NCBI GenBank assembly: GCA_002633005.1
Contig: NMRA01000126.1
Location: 869,388-907,040 of the forward strand
Direction of reading: 5' to 3'
DNA length: 37,653 bases
From: Phoronis australis
Taxonomy: Eukaryota > Animalia > Phoronida
Shown: positions 22,336 through 36,300 of the stretch, piece after piece
How the letters are laid out: each line of letters starts with the position of its first letter
Numbering within the stretch: the first letter of the stretch is position 1
Program-made: the position numbers and the translations under genes
Notes under the pieces: model-generated
What the model was told of the DNA's origin: nothing
The model's input: only the letters and a program-made list of their open reading frames with translations
Databases searched by the model: none

Positions 22336-23420
22336 TGTCAGGAGAAGAATTGCACTGGTTTAGGGCCATAAATGATGTTTCACTTGTTAAATATGTGAGA
22401 ATATGGACTCGTCCCACTTATACCCCCATCTTTCGGACTGGTCCATTAATCCTTTGTGTAGATTCGCATGCGGTCCTACTGCTCACGAGGCACTAGGACA
22501 TTACAGTTCCAGCCTCACTATTGGTTCGTTTGTGTCATGTGCCACGAGATTGGTCATCTCTTGGCTCCCATAGGTTGATGATTGTCACGTGTCATAGGGA
22601 TCCTTTGTTCTCAGTTAAGTTATATTTCTTGTCATCTGTACTTCGCTTTCAGCAGCACTTAGGTTCGAGTTTAATCTCTCTTCAATTTTCCCACCCTCTA
22701 CCACTCTCTCCTTTCGGTGGTTCCTCTTACCTGAGTGCTGGCGCTTTTTATTGCCCATCTTTCCAGAGATTATTATTTTATTTATATGTTATCTGTACAC
22801 TCATATTTCTGTACCTTATCAGTCATAATAAATGACCTTATATCGCCTATACACGGTCTCTTTTTGATCTCCCTTTTATTTCTTGCGACGCACCTATTAT
22901 TTTCGGGACATATTTTGCTATTTGTTTGCTTGCAGATAGCAATTGATTGACACTACCTATCAGGTCTGGACAGTTATGATGTAATTTGTTTACAATAGAA
23001 TTCTAGAGAGCATTCTAGTAGTTCCAGTTTCCTAGTGATTAACATAGAAGCTTAGTCTGGGGGCATACTTGAGCCTAGCATATGTTTGTAGAATGATTGG
23101 GTAGATTCCGGAAAGTTCTGGAATGTGTTTGAAAAGTTCCACAACATTGCAAAACACTATAAATACCCAGCGACGGGCTAGTGAGAAGCAGACGAGTTAA
23201 AAAGAAAAAGGGCTAAAGCTACAGCTACAATTACAGTTGAGTTACAGTTACAGAATCAGTAGTTACAATGTTAGTCAATTGAGAGCCAGCTTCAGAGACA
23301 GCAAGTTATTGAATCCACGAGTGTAACCGTTGCTGGAAGTGAATCAGGAGTTCATCAAAGGCTGGAGCATACAGTAGAACAAGCATCATCTCAGAAGTTT
23401 TGTTCGAGTAGACGTCTGAA
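22336..23420 (+). mobile_element. Possible LTR sequence(s) of the Gypsy remnant
   Basis: G-rich tract (ggcaggggtgtgc) followed by TGTCA at 22336, AATAAA near 22827 and TATAAATA near 23158. No second LTR copy or TSD was found, so boundaries are uncertain. Confidence 0.3.
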
Positions 23421-26400
23421 CATACGGTCCAGTTTAAGGAATCCCCAAACCTTATTCACAAAAACTGGCCATTTTTACAATATTTCACATATGTCTAGCA
23501 AAATACCTTATCTTCATTTCCGGGGAATTTCAAATGCGAAATATATACCGCGTAGCGAGAAAAAAAGATTTGGCAGAATCACCTTGGAACCGCATAACCG
23601 CGTGGAAAATTGTTCATTACTTATCCGAGGTCAAATGTTACAGGGTTGTCACTCAAATCGAACCTCCCGCCAGGCACAGAGTAGCTCCGTATGTACCCTC
23701 AGTCCCTTCATTGACCGAGTCGCCATAATAATGCATCAACGACGTGTAGATATGACAGAAAGATGCCGGGTAGAACGAAGAAAAAACGTGGCTTTGATCC
23801 TGAGAGTTGTGCGTCTACATGCTTACGACTGTTGAGAACGAGTCGCCTCACGCCGCTGTGACCTTGTGTTCATGAACACAGAAGTTGTGAAAAGAGATAA
23901 ACCTCACCCAAATTCCTTAATTCGGGTAATTTGACATTTCGCTGTTTCGATCTCATCCTCACGAGGTGCTTTAACCACCGACCCGATTCCTATATCCATT
24001 TCGTACTTGGTTTTCACAGGAGTCTCCCAGTGAGTAGTGCGTCTAACAATGAACTGTTGAGCTACTTAAAAGTGGACCACAATTTACCACCTTGACCCAC
24101 TTAATATGCTGGCTCCGCGCGTGACCGGATCGACTGGGTATAAATTAAACGTTTTTGTGATAATTAAGTTAATTACGCACTGCAAATTCAGCTGACATTG
24201 TGCATGAATGTTGAAATGATGAACGTGGCTTAGGGGTGTATAGGTAATATTGACCCAAAACAAGTTTTCACCTAATAATTAACCGAAATCCTTGAGATTT
24301 TCACGTCCCGCCTCACAATCGGCTTTTTCTCGGCTGCGGTAAATCGACTTAATTTGATTTTAGGAACACGGGTTCTCAAAAACGGCTTTGTGGATTTTAC
24401 TGAAACTTTCCAAACTTAAGATTTATTCATCAATCTCAAAAACTCTTTTAAGATTTTCGATATAAAGGCCTATTTTTGCGTAATGTTAATGCAGGAGCAT
24501 TAGTCTTTTGTTTAGGAACTTTATGTCCACTAGAGGCGTTGTATGTACATATCGAGGCGTTTCCAGAGTGCATCGTAACTGTGGTCTACCTCCGCTCTTA
24601 GGCAATGGTTTATTGGCTAACTGTGTGTTGCCATTGTGATCTAACCAATCAGAGTACCGTTTTGATGGTTTTTAGGTTGTGGAGTCATTTTACAGCGTTC
24701 TTCTCCAATATTGGTTTCCAACACGTTGCGATGGACTGTAGAGAGATTATTAGCTGGGCCACGCCGAAAACTCCAGTAAGTACATGGAATTCAGTTAAGG
24801 CTTTACGTTTAGTCTATTCATGTTGAACTGTAACGGCTGCTTTGTGGTAGTTTCGTCTAATGCGGGTTCGTGTCTCGTGTGCCAGTCACATTGACTATTG
24901 GGTAACCCTAACGTTTTGAGAACATTGTTTGGTTCCGTTTTCTGACATACTTTATTTATAGTTTGTAGATAACCGTCTCTTCAAGATTAAATCGATTTAA
25001 ACAAAGCTGACGCGTTATTCTGTCGCCCACACTAATACGTAATGTAACATAGACGAATACAACTTTTACAAAAAATACCTTACGTTTTGCGAGTTGATTT
25101 CATCATAGGAAACAAACCAAAAGGCTAATCGAAAATTCCTAACAGACTTTTTGAGGTAAGTGATGAAGTTTTCATTTAACAAAACCAACCAAGGGTATAT
25201 TTTGCTATGAATGTATCTTTCTTAAACATGGAGTTTTGACTTAAAGAAGGTGTTAACGTAATGACACATAAATATAAAACATATTTTATATTCCCTGAGC
25301 TTTTTCCGAAAATATATACTTTTAGTAGTTGACAAAGCCTAATTTTTATAATACGAGTTAGAATGGAGGCCTCTAAATAAGATTTGAGATAACCTTAATA
25401 AATTGATTAACTCGAGCCAGTATTCAGTCTATCGTTGTACCGAAAGCTATTAACATCGGTCAGAGGCGACCTGCACTCACCCATCCACGAGGTCGGGTGA
25501 AACATGACAAGGTGCTCCACTTTGCTGAGTGATTTCATGAGCAATGCTTCACTACATTTTCCAGTATGTTAGCGCTTGCCAGATAATAGCTGCTGTATTG
25601 TGGCACTGGCAGAGAAATTGACGGTTGGCAGGTGATTTCAAACTGTAAACAAATGCTTAACCCGCGGGTAGGCTTGGCATATATATATTCATAACAACAA
25701 GCCAAATCACATGACAGAAAATATTACCGCTATGCAAATGAGTTCATACATATGGAATAACCGGGTTATGCCACATACATAGGAATACTACTATAACCTA
25801 TCTCGATAGGGTATGGCAGTAGTATTCATTATGTACATGGGATAACTTATATTTATCAAGTTGAAAATACATCCATACATAATCATTTTGCGAGTTAATA
25901 ACAATAACGCAAGATTCTGTGAGACATAACTGTGACGTCATCGGAAGTACGGTAAATGTATTCACCTCCCCCACTACTTCAACAGTGACCTCTGACATGG
26001 AAAGTTCAGAAGGTAGGTCAATGTGAACTCGACGTGGTTAGCCGGTTCGATCATCAAACTTTCCGAAAATAGTGTAAATAACGCTCAACATGCAATCAGG
26101 TCCCGATTGTAACATCTGGAACAGGACTGTTAATTATATGACAGTTCTGTCTCAGTTTTCAATTGCTAAATATTATATGGTCTGCAACTCAGGCGCCGAT
26201 CCCTCGGTAACTACAATATCAAATAATATTCTTGTTATTTAACACTTTTCAGGAGATGTTACAAGTTCAATGAACAGTTACCGTTGTTTTCGTCTCTGTT
26301 ATCTCTTTTTCAAGTGATAAATCGTTACATTTAAAACTGTTACTAGAGAAAACTTACAACCTAACGTACAAGTACATCCATATAGGATGTGATACGCCAC

Positions 26401-27122
26401 GTGAACAGTCTGAGTGAAGTACTTAAAAAATCTGCCAAAGAAATACACAAAACGTACCCAGAGTGGCGTACATGAAATAATATCCCACTCGACATTATTC
26501 CGCGTATCGACCGAGACCGGGTACGCCCTTACATGGGCGAATCACAAACAATTGCACAGTAGAAATCCATACGCCTTACATTTTATCGTATGCAAAACAC
26601 TAAAACAACTAAACGCGCGCAAACCAAACAATGCCGGAATTTCGACAAGGTGACATTGTTATGATTGACAAATCGAGTGTCCCAACTGTACGTACTCTCA
26701 CCGGGAAGGACATGCAAACAACAACTTAAACGGACCCATCTTCCGCGGCGAATTCCATATCCACGTTCATTCAAACGGAGACGAGCCCCGAACTCAAGAA
26801 ACCCGGCGAGACTAGCTGTGCTGTCTCAAGGTCAATTCAGTGCTCACGCGTGGAGAAGCCTTTTGACTGTTATTTGTAAAGTTAAATTTTAATATTACAA
26901 CTTCAAAGACTATTTGTTAGATTCTAACTTGAATATTTGCTACGAAAACTGAATGCAATTTACAATTGTTCAGCTTGAAATAAATCTATCAACAAAAAGT
27001 AACTGAATTACTTTACATAAGCGTGTTTTTACAAAAGTTTTAGACACGTCGAGTTTTTCAGCATAAAAGATCGTTTTTACGGTTCATGTGACAAAACAAA
27101 TCTTACACTCAATCTTACAGTC

Positions 27123-27238
27123 GTCTCAGATTCATGACATGGGCAAAACCTCTTGGAAATTTCGTCAAAATCCACCGGCAAGCCTCGGGATTTTGGCGAA
27201 ATTTCCAAGAGGCTTTGCCCATGTCATAAACCTGAGAC
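27123..27238. repeat. Palindrome, 51-bp arms with 4 mismatches, 14-nt loop
   Basis: gtctcagattcatgacatgggcaaaacctcttggaaatttcgtcaaaatcc versus ggattttggcgaaatttccaagaggctttgcccatgtcataaacctgagac. Confidence 0.9.
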
Positions 27239-28954
27239 TCGTATAGGATTCTCTATAAATGTCGAGCCGAACACGCTAAAATACTGCCACGCGGACAGTG
27301 ATGAAATAATATCTAACACCGCTTACGTACTCTGTGGAGCAAGAAAAGCAAACTACAAATTACTTAAACGAAAAAGACGCCCCGCTAGGGACAACACATC
27401 ACAATCACCTTAGGCTATCCACATTTCCGGTAAAACAATACACACATCTCAATTTTTCTTGGCCTCCCAAAACTACAATGTACGAAAGAAGACTACATTG
27501 TGACTAAAATTAAGTACTAAATTGAAATCTCCGAACAGTGAGCTCTCTTCTAAAAGTTTTAGCAGAAGGTATACCTCAATAAAATCCGTTCATCCAAGAA
27601 GCTCAAAAAGCAAGACCAAGCAGAATCACGAAGGTGAGTTCGTCGACAAACTGATTATTCAGGGCTTCAGCAAATAAAAAAATGTGTCAACATGTCATCA
27701 ATTTCGACAGAGGAAGATGGTCGTTTCTCATCATCTCTGAATTCTGTTTGACAACAGAAAACAATTGCTATCATCTTAATGAAAAAAAAAAAAAAAAACA
27801 TTTGAGGCCAATTTACTGAAGCTTATCAACTTATTTCATGACTTCTATGTTGAGTTCGCAAGGAAGACGGAAGTAAGCCTTTAAGGGAGATTCTCTGCGA
27901 GAAAAACAACTTGACAAAATTAGAATGAGTAACAACAGGACGCTCTAATGCTGAGACAAAATCCATGCGTTAAGCTGCTATTTATTTTAAAGTTATTTCC
28001 AGGGTAAAAGCAACATCCTTGATATCAACAAATCTCTAGCAGACAATGGTGATAATTGGCAATTTGTTATAAAGTCATCAAAATACAGAGATTTTGTTGT
28101 TTTGCAGCTCTGGTGAAAGAAAAGGAACCGCAAGAAGTCTATTCCATCCAACAATAATCTGCAAAATTCATTTTTGACGGTAAAACCGATAATGTCGTTT
28201 TAAAATCACTTTTCCCACCTGTAGCTCCACTGCGGCGATCAAAGCAAATGCAACGACGTTCTTCATCTTAGACAGTAGAATATTCTAAATTCACTGAACA
28301 GTGATGGCAGTTTTCATAAAACCTTGCACCATCGACCCGTATCGTAACTGAATGCAGCGCAGGTGACTGAGAAAATAAGAAGAGAGTTTTCGACTACACC
28401 TTAAACGCGAACACGAACGTGTGATTCATCATGCTCGCGTATATGTTATGTTCCATTAGATGACTTGGGAAAACAATATTTTGTTGCAAAGCATTAAATG
28501 TGTAAATTTATTCAAACCCGATTATGTGGAGCAATTTGTGTCAAAACATCCTTGTTTCAATCCCATGTTATGTGTCTGTTTAGCAGTGTCATGAGGGGCT
28601 ACGGACATTACTGGTGTACGGACAATACAGGGCTCCTTTTGTCCTTAACTCATGAATGTGCCGTACTAGCAGAAAACAACGTCCTATGGTTTTGGTGTGC
28701 CATGATCTGAAAACAGAAAGACATCCTCATTTCTGGATGACTCTAATGTTTTTCAAAACTCCATGATCATTATTAGGACTGCGGACTATACAAAAATGTC
28801 TCTTGTTATAACGTACATGTAAAAACGTATCGAGTGCTTGTGATTCTCAATTTTTTTTGGTTTGGTACATCTTCAACCAAGTCGGCTTTGTCATTTTAGT
28901 GATTAAAGAAAACACCTAACCTTGATATTTCATGTCAAATTAATAATGAATGAA

Positions 28955-29080
28955 CAGTGGCGGATCTACGTTTGTCAGTAACGTAGGGAGGTTCATGATT
29001 CGCGCCATGGGAATCCGAGGCGCGTAGCGCCTAGCAGGGGAAGGTTGAGAGGGGCGTTCTCCCTCCCGTGTAAGAAAAAT
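28955..29080 (+). mobile_element. One end of a non-autonomous DNA transposon (hAT-like terminus)
   Basis: Starts CAGTGGCGGATCTA, followed by a GC-rich gcgcgtagcgcc / gggg block typical of invertebrate MITE ends; the partner TIR was not found. Confidence 0.35.
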
Positions 29081-29680
29081 GTTTGTTTTTGTTGCCAAAT
29101 AGAGCAATTTCCATGCCTTTGTGGCAGTTAACGTGTCTCTGGAGTTTTTCTTAAGATGATAAATCGCTTCTCGATTTCGTCTCATCAACTAAGCTCATAA
29201 GTTTTGTAAAACCATCTGTGAATGAGTCACGCCACCAGCAAAATTTTAAGTGGAACATCTGTCTACATACCGATTTTTAGCACACGAAAAGTCGCATAGG
29301 AAAACGTGTACTGTGTATACAGGGGTTTAGACAACTACCACATGTTCAAGAGCAGAAGGAACACCGACGGTCACGTAAAACCCAACACTTAATTATCAGA
29401 TGATCGCGTAACAGCAGCCTCTAGTTGTTTAGAACGAAGACCGGCACTGCTATGCCCGCAAATAAACAGATGTTCAGTTTCATTACGAGAAAAACTGACA
29501 AACGATGGTGATCTAAGCGCATAATCTATTATTAAAAGCGACAATAAACATGTAAATAACACTTTATTAAACTCCTAGAAGCACATGTTTAAACCCTTAT
29601 TAAACGGCGAGAAGACACGCAGTACTTATCCCACAACCAATACACAATCCGTAGTCGAAGAAAGTTTAAATAAACGCGTC

Positions 29681-29740
29681 ACTCACGATTCCGACCCGAA
29701 GATCACACCGCCATTTTGAACTAACCGCGATACCGGAAGT
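29681..29740 (-). promoter_or_regulatory. Housekeeping-type promoter / short first exon: ETS site, YY1 site and splice donor
   Basis: CCGGAAGT at 29733-29740, minus-strand AAAATGGCGG at about 29708-29717, and donor ATC|gtgagt at 29686-29681, in a CpG-containing patch. Confidence 0.5.
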
Positions 29741-30335
29741 ACAATTCATTCAGGAACCCAGGGCAAAGATACTGCCCAGGGTTAGTATAGACAGAGATCG
29801 TGTAACTTCGTACTATAGTTTACATAACAGCCACGGGCTTCGCATACCAAAGTCAGCCATTACACGAATGCTCAAAACAAAAGCAGCACAGCAGCTCAGC
29901 ATGGTAGTGAGCTATTCTAAGTCATATCCCTGGGTTGTATAAGGTCTGTGTTTTATATTAAATATGTGACCTGACGTTATTTTGTTGTTTGTTTATCATT
30001 CTAACTTGGGTTACAAATGCATCTGCTGCAGCATTGGTCACGTACTGTTATGATTCGTTTACTTTCTTGAGGCTGAACTGTCTCCACACACGTTCTTAAC
30101 AAGATGACACAGAGTTCACAGAAATATCCCAGAGCCAAATAACCATTTCCTAATATTGCAACATTGTGATGAATTTTGTATGATTTCCTTAAGTTGACCT
30201 TAGTGAATCACTAAAACAATCTTAACAATTGTTATTATAGATTGTTTTCGTGAGGCACTTAGTTCAGTTGCACTCCATTACTGTCCTGGTGATACCCACA
30301 TCAAACAGTCCATTTAAGAAATGGTATCAACAACC

Positions 30336-30813
30336 ATGTTTTGTACTGGACTTAAGAAAGCAAAACTAGTTCTGTACACAACTGACAATGACCTTGATCA
30401 CATTTGTTTTAGGCAAAAACAGAAGCACCACCTTTATTTACGTAGGCGCTAATTTTAAAGTTCGTGACAATTTATCTAAACATCATTCAACAAAGAATGG
30501 ACTCACCGGAGACAGTCCAAGAGTTGTTATCTCTGCGGCGAAGGATGTTAAAGTTGAGTCTCCGATGAGTTGCCAGCAGTCACTGGTACGGTGCGCGGCT
30601 TTAGACGCTCTGCGGCAGGGTTAAAGATCTTTTATAGGCCTAACTATCCCTAACTATTATGACAAAGATGTGCTACACAGTGAAAGCTTTGTTGAGCAAA
30701 CTGTTGCACGGTTGCGTATATTTTACTTTCATAAATTTCTTGAAACAGTACATGTTACCACTTGGAATGGGCAACTTAAAAACTCCGGAAGTTATATGTC
30801 TTCCAAATTTTGA
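30336..30813 (+). mobile_element. YqaJ-like exonuclease C-terminal remnant (second ORF of an ISL2EU-type element), interrupted by about 260 bp
   Basis: MFCTGLKKAKLVLYTTDNDL (30336-30397) and DVLHSESFVEQTVARLRIFYFHKFLE (from about 30667) resemble the YqaJ tail pattern M..TG.....VVWT...F......L..FYF. Confidence 0.5.
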
Positions 30814-31290
30814 TCTCTGATTAGATCAGCACGTAGGTTCACAAGCCCAGCACAAAGAATCAAGTAGTTATCCACTGATTCTGTGATACACACTGACGGG
30901 AATTACTCAAAATTTTGAAAACTTTTAAGTCTCCGTATTGCTCAGTCGCTCCAGTGGAAATGCGCCATGTTTTTATCAGACCTTTTTTACTAAGGTGTGA
31001 CTTGCCTTTGGTGAAAGCTGGTATGTTTAACTTAACTCGTCTTGGAAACAGGAGTTCATCAATAGTAAAACCTCTATCTGACATAACTTTGTCTTTGGGT
31101 AAAAGGTATTTTAGAAATCCAGATTTTTGAACAATGTATTTGTCACCACCCCTTGCCCCCAAATGCTTTAGATACGTACATGGTGTACCCATTTTTGGTG
31201 CAATTGCAACCACATACTTTGCAGTATTGTGTGATTTGTACTGGCTCTAGGTTTCACCCCCTATCAATGATTTCAAATCAACTGATCTGC
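30810..31290 (-). mobile_element. PIF/Harbinger-ISL2EU DDE transposase remnant (DDE_Tnp_4-like)
   Basis: YKSHNTAKYVVAIAP, DKYIVQKSGFL..L...D.VMSDRGF, LNIPAF.KGK..LS, LKVFKIL and terminal VDNYLILCAGLVNL, with frameshifts. Confidence 0.85.
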
Positions 31291-33343
31291 TACCAAATAC
31301 AAAACACAAGCAGGCACACCAGCTCAGAAGACTGGTTTTACAGACAGGCTGTACTGACTCCAGTGTTTAGTCTAGCATGCCAGTAATGGCGTGACCTCAA
31401 TATGGCGCTCCCCAGGAATTCGGCAGTTTCCGTAATGGAATCTGTCTATAGACCTAATCATTCACGCCGACATGAGGCCGGTTCCAAAACGAGGCTCGCT
31501 ACGATAGCTCTGTTGGCTTATCGGCGTAGTTGTATTCCGCGTTGCTAGAACGCCGAGAAAAACACGGACACTTAACTGTATGTTTTTACAATCCCGAAGG
31601 ACGTTGAGATTCGGAAGCATTGCGTCGTTGCCATACGCCGCGACGAAGGAAAATATGTCCGTGTAAATTTTTAAATGTCTTCGAAAAGTTAGATCATATT
31701 TTGTCGCATTTCGATTGCCGAGCATCATAGCAACCACAAGGAGAATCCTCGGCCAGCCAGGTTGTGTTTTCATGACTACAGGTTGAAGCATGGTGCATTT
31801 ATCTTTCCAAAAAGGACAGGGCCCTCAATCTCTCGTTTTTGGGGACCGAATATCGGCCTTATTACCCTCTCAAAAGTATTGAAAAATCAAACGAAACTCC
31901 CCCACACGAGGCCTAAAAATTCCCCTAGTGATTGTAAACTTCTCTCGGAAGTTCAAATCACACATGTGACAATTTGAAAGACCAAAAAATGCTACTTGAG
32001 ACAGAGTCTATGAGAGCTTGCAAGAGGGCGGGGTTGGTATTGATGGTGATCGGGAGGCAGATTTTCCCCTCAATCGGCGAAAAAAATCCCCCCTCAGTCG
32101 GCACAGGAACCTTTCCTCAGATGAACGAGGCCCCTGAAGAAACAGGATAACTATGCTTGCTCTGTCCAGTTAACTGAAATTGAGCAGTAAAACGAGGTTA
32201 TGCTTTGTCCGAACGAATTAGGTGTTTTAAGTTTAAAATTCAACTTGGTCCAGATTGATATTTGAAGCCTAACACAGTGAAATAGACGTAAGAATTATTA
32301 AAACCAAGAAAGCAGCATTGATGTTCAAATAATTTTTGTTTTCAATAAGGAGCCTGGTTTTTATTTCAATAAAAATATATTTGATAACATGAATTATTCT
32401 GTCTTTCAGATCAATGACAAATCAACTGTTAGTCCCGGTAGTCCCTACCTCACCAGGACCTAGACTATGCTTGATGTTAATATTCTTGATCAACAAATTA
32501 AATCTGATGTGAGTGAAACGTAATGAGCCTCCACTGTCGAATATATCTTCAACTCGTCAACAATACGAGCAGATGACCTGGTTTGTGTAGAAAGCATTTT
32601 TATCAACTATTTAGAAGAACAAACGTAACCCTGTATTCAGCATAATACCTAATCCGTAACACTAGGATCGCCGCAATTTGGTCATATTTACTTTTCATGT
32701 TTCGAACCTAGTTTCGTTAAAAATTATACCCCTTGGTCAGACAACTCTTGGGTGCATTGACTTCAGTGTTCTCTAGTGTATTTTTCTACGTCTCTGTGGT
32801 TAATTATCGACACATTTTTATGATTTAATATCCAGGTTGGACTCGAAAGACCGGCCATTTAACTCACGCAATTGTCAACTTCCGATTTGTTTTTATCGCA
32901 GTGAGCCTCGCTTTGGATTTTAATGTCCGCCGCGTGAATTAGGTCTATCCCCGTCTGTGCGACTGGAGCAGTGTCTGTTACCAGCCAGCAAAAGGGGATG
33001 AAATAATCGACAGTGGACCTCAACTTCAATAAAACCAGAATAGGGACAATTTGTACTGAAAATGCTGACAAAATGTGGCAAAATAAACTTTGACAGAATT
33101 TATTTTTCCGGGCTCAGACCTGCAGCCGGTAACCCGGTGCAGACCGATCGAGACCACTGGCACTGACAAAAGACAAAGGCAGGTCGTCCCTGGCTGTTTT
33201 ATTGGAATAAATGGTTCAAATCATGAATGCCTTATACACACAAAGATAGTTTGCGACTCTTGTATGAAATTACGGACTAGTAGGGCCTAATTACCGTGAG
33301 TCCAGCGCCAACGACAGAATACTGAACAGCCGGGGCCGACTAT

Positions 33344-36300
33344 TAGTCGGTGGGCCAGATCTCACAGCGTTCATCCTTGTGAGTACTTTGGGGGGGCAAC
33401 CTAGTTTTTTCTGTGTGGCTAGATAATATACCTATAAATCAAATTCCAAAAAGTTCCCACGTCTACACTTGCACATTTTTTTAAAAAAAGGTGTTTTTGT
33501 TGCACAAAATATGATGCACATTCCTGCCACTTGATGGCGCTTTTCTATTGAATTGACCAATCAGAGAGCCAGATTGTATTGTTGTGCTTAGTTACTTCAA
33601 TATGGCTGCTCCCATGGAGTGTGATGCCTGTATAATTCAAGGTTTATCAAACAGCACAAAATTGTGATGTCAGAGCCTAAAGAAGCTTAGGAAAGCTTCC
33701 TGACGAAAGCTGATTGACTGTGGAACTCTGTAGATCAGTAGATCAAAAAGAAGAAGAGGTGTCACAAACGTTTGTGCAGAAAACAGCTGCATGCCCTGGT
33801 AGCCTACACAGTATACTGCTGAGTGCTATAGACTAGAATACCAAGTGTCAGACCAGAAAATTGAAAGGACATAGAACGGCATAGCAACGTTTCAAGGCAC
33901 CAACAGTAGTACTAAAGCTGAAGTTGCTGAAAGTGATACAGATGTTATCCAAGATTTCCCAAGAAAATCAATCACTTCCAAAATCTGAAACACCCAATTA
34001 ACCTGAACAAGATAGGAACATTCTGAAACATGAGTGCATCATTTGTTAGCAGGAAAAGTACATTATGGGCCACATTTCAAGAAAGAGAAAGAAGTATAGC
34101 TTTCAAAAACAGGTACGTGTTTTTTAAAAATACATTTTGGTGTTTTCCACGTGTGATTCAGTATTATCACCAGTTGTTTTTTAACTTGTTCAGCCCCTTG
34201 ACTGCCTAGGCCTTAGACAATACTGCTGACCCAGTAGAGACGATGATCATACTATAGGTACTTCATATGCCGGATACTTTTCGGCAAATTATGTTCCTAT
34301 AAGTTTAGAAGTACCGCGTAGAGAGATGCCTCTGAGGAGGTCGTTAATGTTTTCATTTGTTCCCAGTTTAAACAAATACTCCTGCAATCCTGTTTTTCGA
34401 ACACTCCATTCAGTTGCCACATCGACACTGCTTGCGCTAAGGGATAATCCTATGGCGTTATACTGTGGGTGTGATTTTAAAGCACTTTAAGTCTAAAATT
34501 TTTGAGAAGGTTAAATGGAGTAGATAGTTGCAAACAACATGCCCAAGTGGCCGTCATCCCCTGCCGTAGTCTCAATTTTTTGTAAACATTAATTACTTAG
34601 GTAGCAGCTGCAATGATAATTAAATTAAAGTGCCTAAGTGGCCATCGTCGCCGTCGAAATTTGAGGACGATGGAAGCCACTGTCCATTTCGTCAAACGTC
34701 GATTACCTTAAGTGTAAATCGATTGACTATGGTTTGAGCATCTGATTTAAAAAAATTAAATTTCAATCACTGCACAGGTATATCAGCTGATTTATTTTCA
34801 GCTGCATCTACTGATCTAATTATTAGACGATCAACATTATTAGGCTACAGATCAAACGGCATGTAAATTTGTTAGGCTGGTGGTGGATCAGCTCCTGATA
34901 CGTCCGTCTGAAAAAGTTGCATGCCAACTCACTCATAGTTGAATGTTAAATTAGTGTTAACAGTTCGGGTTTTTTTCAGTTGGACTTGTATCGCAAGCAA
35001 CAGCTCAGTCCAGAGCCCTGAATATGCAAATGAAATTCAAAGATAAAGACCTTGTGTCTTAGAAGCCAAGTACCACAGATCATCATGCTGTAAAAAAGAG
35101 AAAGACAAAGATTGTGGAGAGTGACGAATCCCCAGTTTTCAGAGATGTTTTTCTACAGTTTTGTTTGGAGTTCATTGAATCAAAGCTTCTAGCACATGGA
35201 GATGTCATTTGCCTTTCAAAAATAAAGCAAGACTTTGAAGCTGTTCTTCAGAAAGCTGGTGTGCATGAAGTTATTTGGACAGGCAATCTTAAGAAATATT
35301 GTTGAAGCTACTCACTGTTGTAGTTTGTGCCTGACTAAGAGATACGAAAGTGAATTGAGGCTAGTGTTCAATAATTCACTTGCTGACTCTAATTAACACA
35401 GCCCATTATAACATATTTTGAATCAAACGTTTGCCCAAATAGTGCCCGCCTCCAAACAAGGACTTAGTGTTTGACCCTTCATTGCCTGCGGGCTAATCAC
35501 CAGTGTGCAGTGCTGTACCCTCTCTAATCGACCATAGTTGGCTCCTTGGCGGTGGAGCTTTGCAGTTAATATGTATGGCAATGACCGCATCTCCATTGAC
35601 AGTACTAAACGATGAACGCTGCAAGTGCAAAAAGAACATGTGTGCTGGGAAACTGAGTTTGTGCTGCAATGCTGGGTCAAACTGTACAGAAATGTGCAGC
35701 TGTGACAACTGTAGTAACATCAGCAACACTGACTGCATAACATTGGATAGTTCTTTGACAAGTCAACCCTAAATAGACCTCCAATCCCGTTATTTCCTTT
35801 TTTGTATTAAAAAGTTAATTTTATTTGTTGATTAAGTCATAGAAAGTACATACTTTGATCATTGTCATGTATTTGTCTCATACTGCTTGATAAACGCTGT
35901 CAGAATAATCTATTATTTTCATACAGTCTTTGTGCACATTCACAGAGATCATTCAACTATATTGTTTTTGTACTATAACGTATTTCTGGTGTATTATGCA
36001 AACAAGCTGTATTTTACACCATTAGTCAATGTTTTAGTCATTGAGGCACAAATTTTGCCCAGTCTCAAGTGTTTTGTGTTATTTTTGTTGCCTGACAATG
36101 CCAGAATAACTTCCTAAGTCTTCCTAGTAACATTCAGACTTAGTTTGCATTTTTGCCACTAGGTGTCTCTTTACGTTTTTTAAATTTCAACTGTTTACAG
36201 TTAATTTACAATAGTAAAACATGTAATGTGAGTGTAATATTGTTCAATACAATGGCACTGATGGGACCATATTACTTGTTTTCAAAAAAAGTCACCAAAA

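Noticed and set aside
22190-22417. MYSLLLLLLCPSLGCS as the missing signal-peptide exon
   Set aside because: Arises from a short cagaag repeat inside Gypsy remnant sequence, and no phase-0 donor follows.
32410-32508. Plus-strand exon-like segment (tttcag|...|gtgagt)
   Set aside because: Isolated, with no recognisable peptide and no partner exons identified.
35503-35772. Host tesmin/CXC or metallothionein-like gene
   Set aside because: Lies within TIRs and follows a frameshifted LHCLRANHQ motif, so it is the C-terminal finger of the transposon protein.
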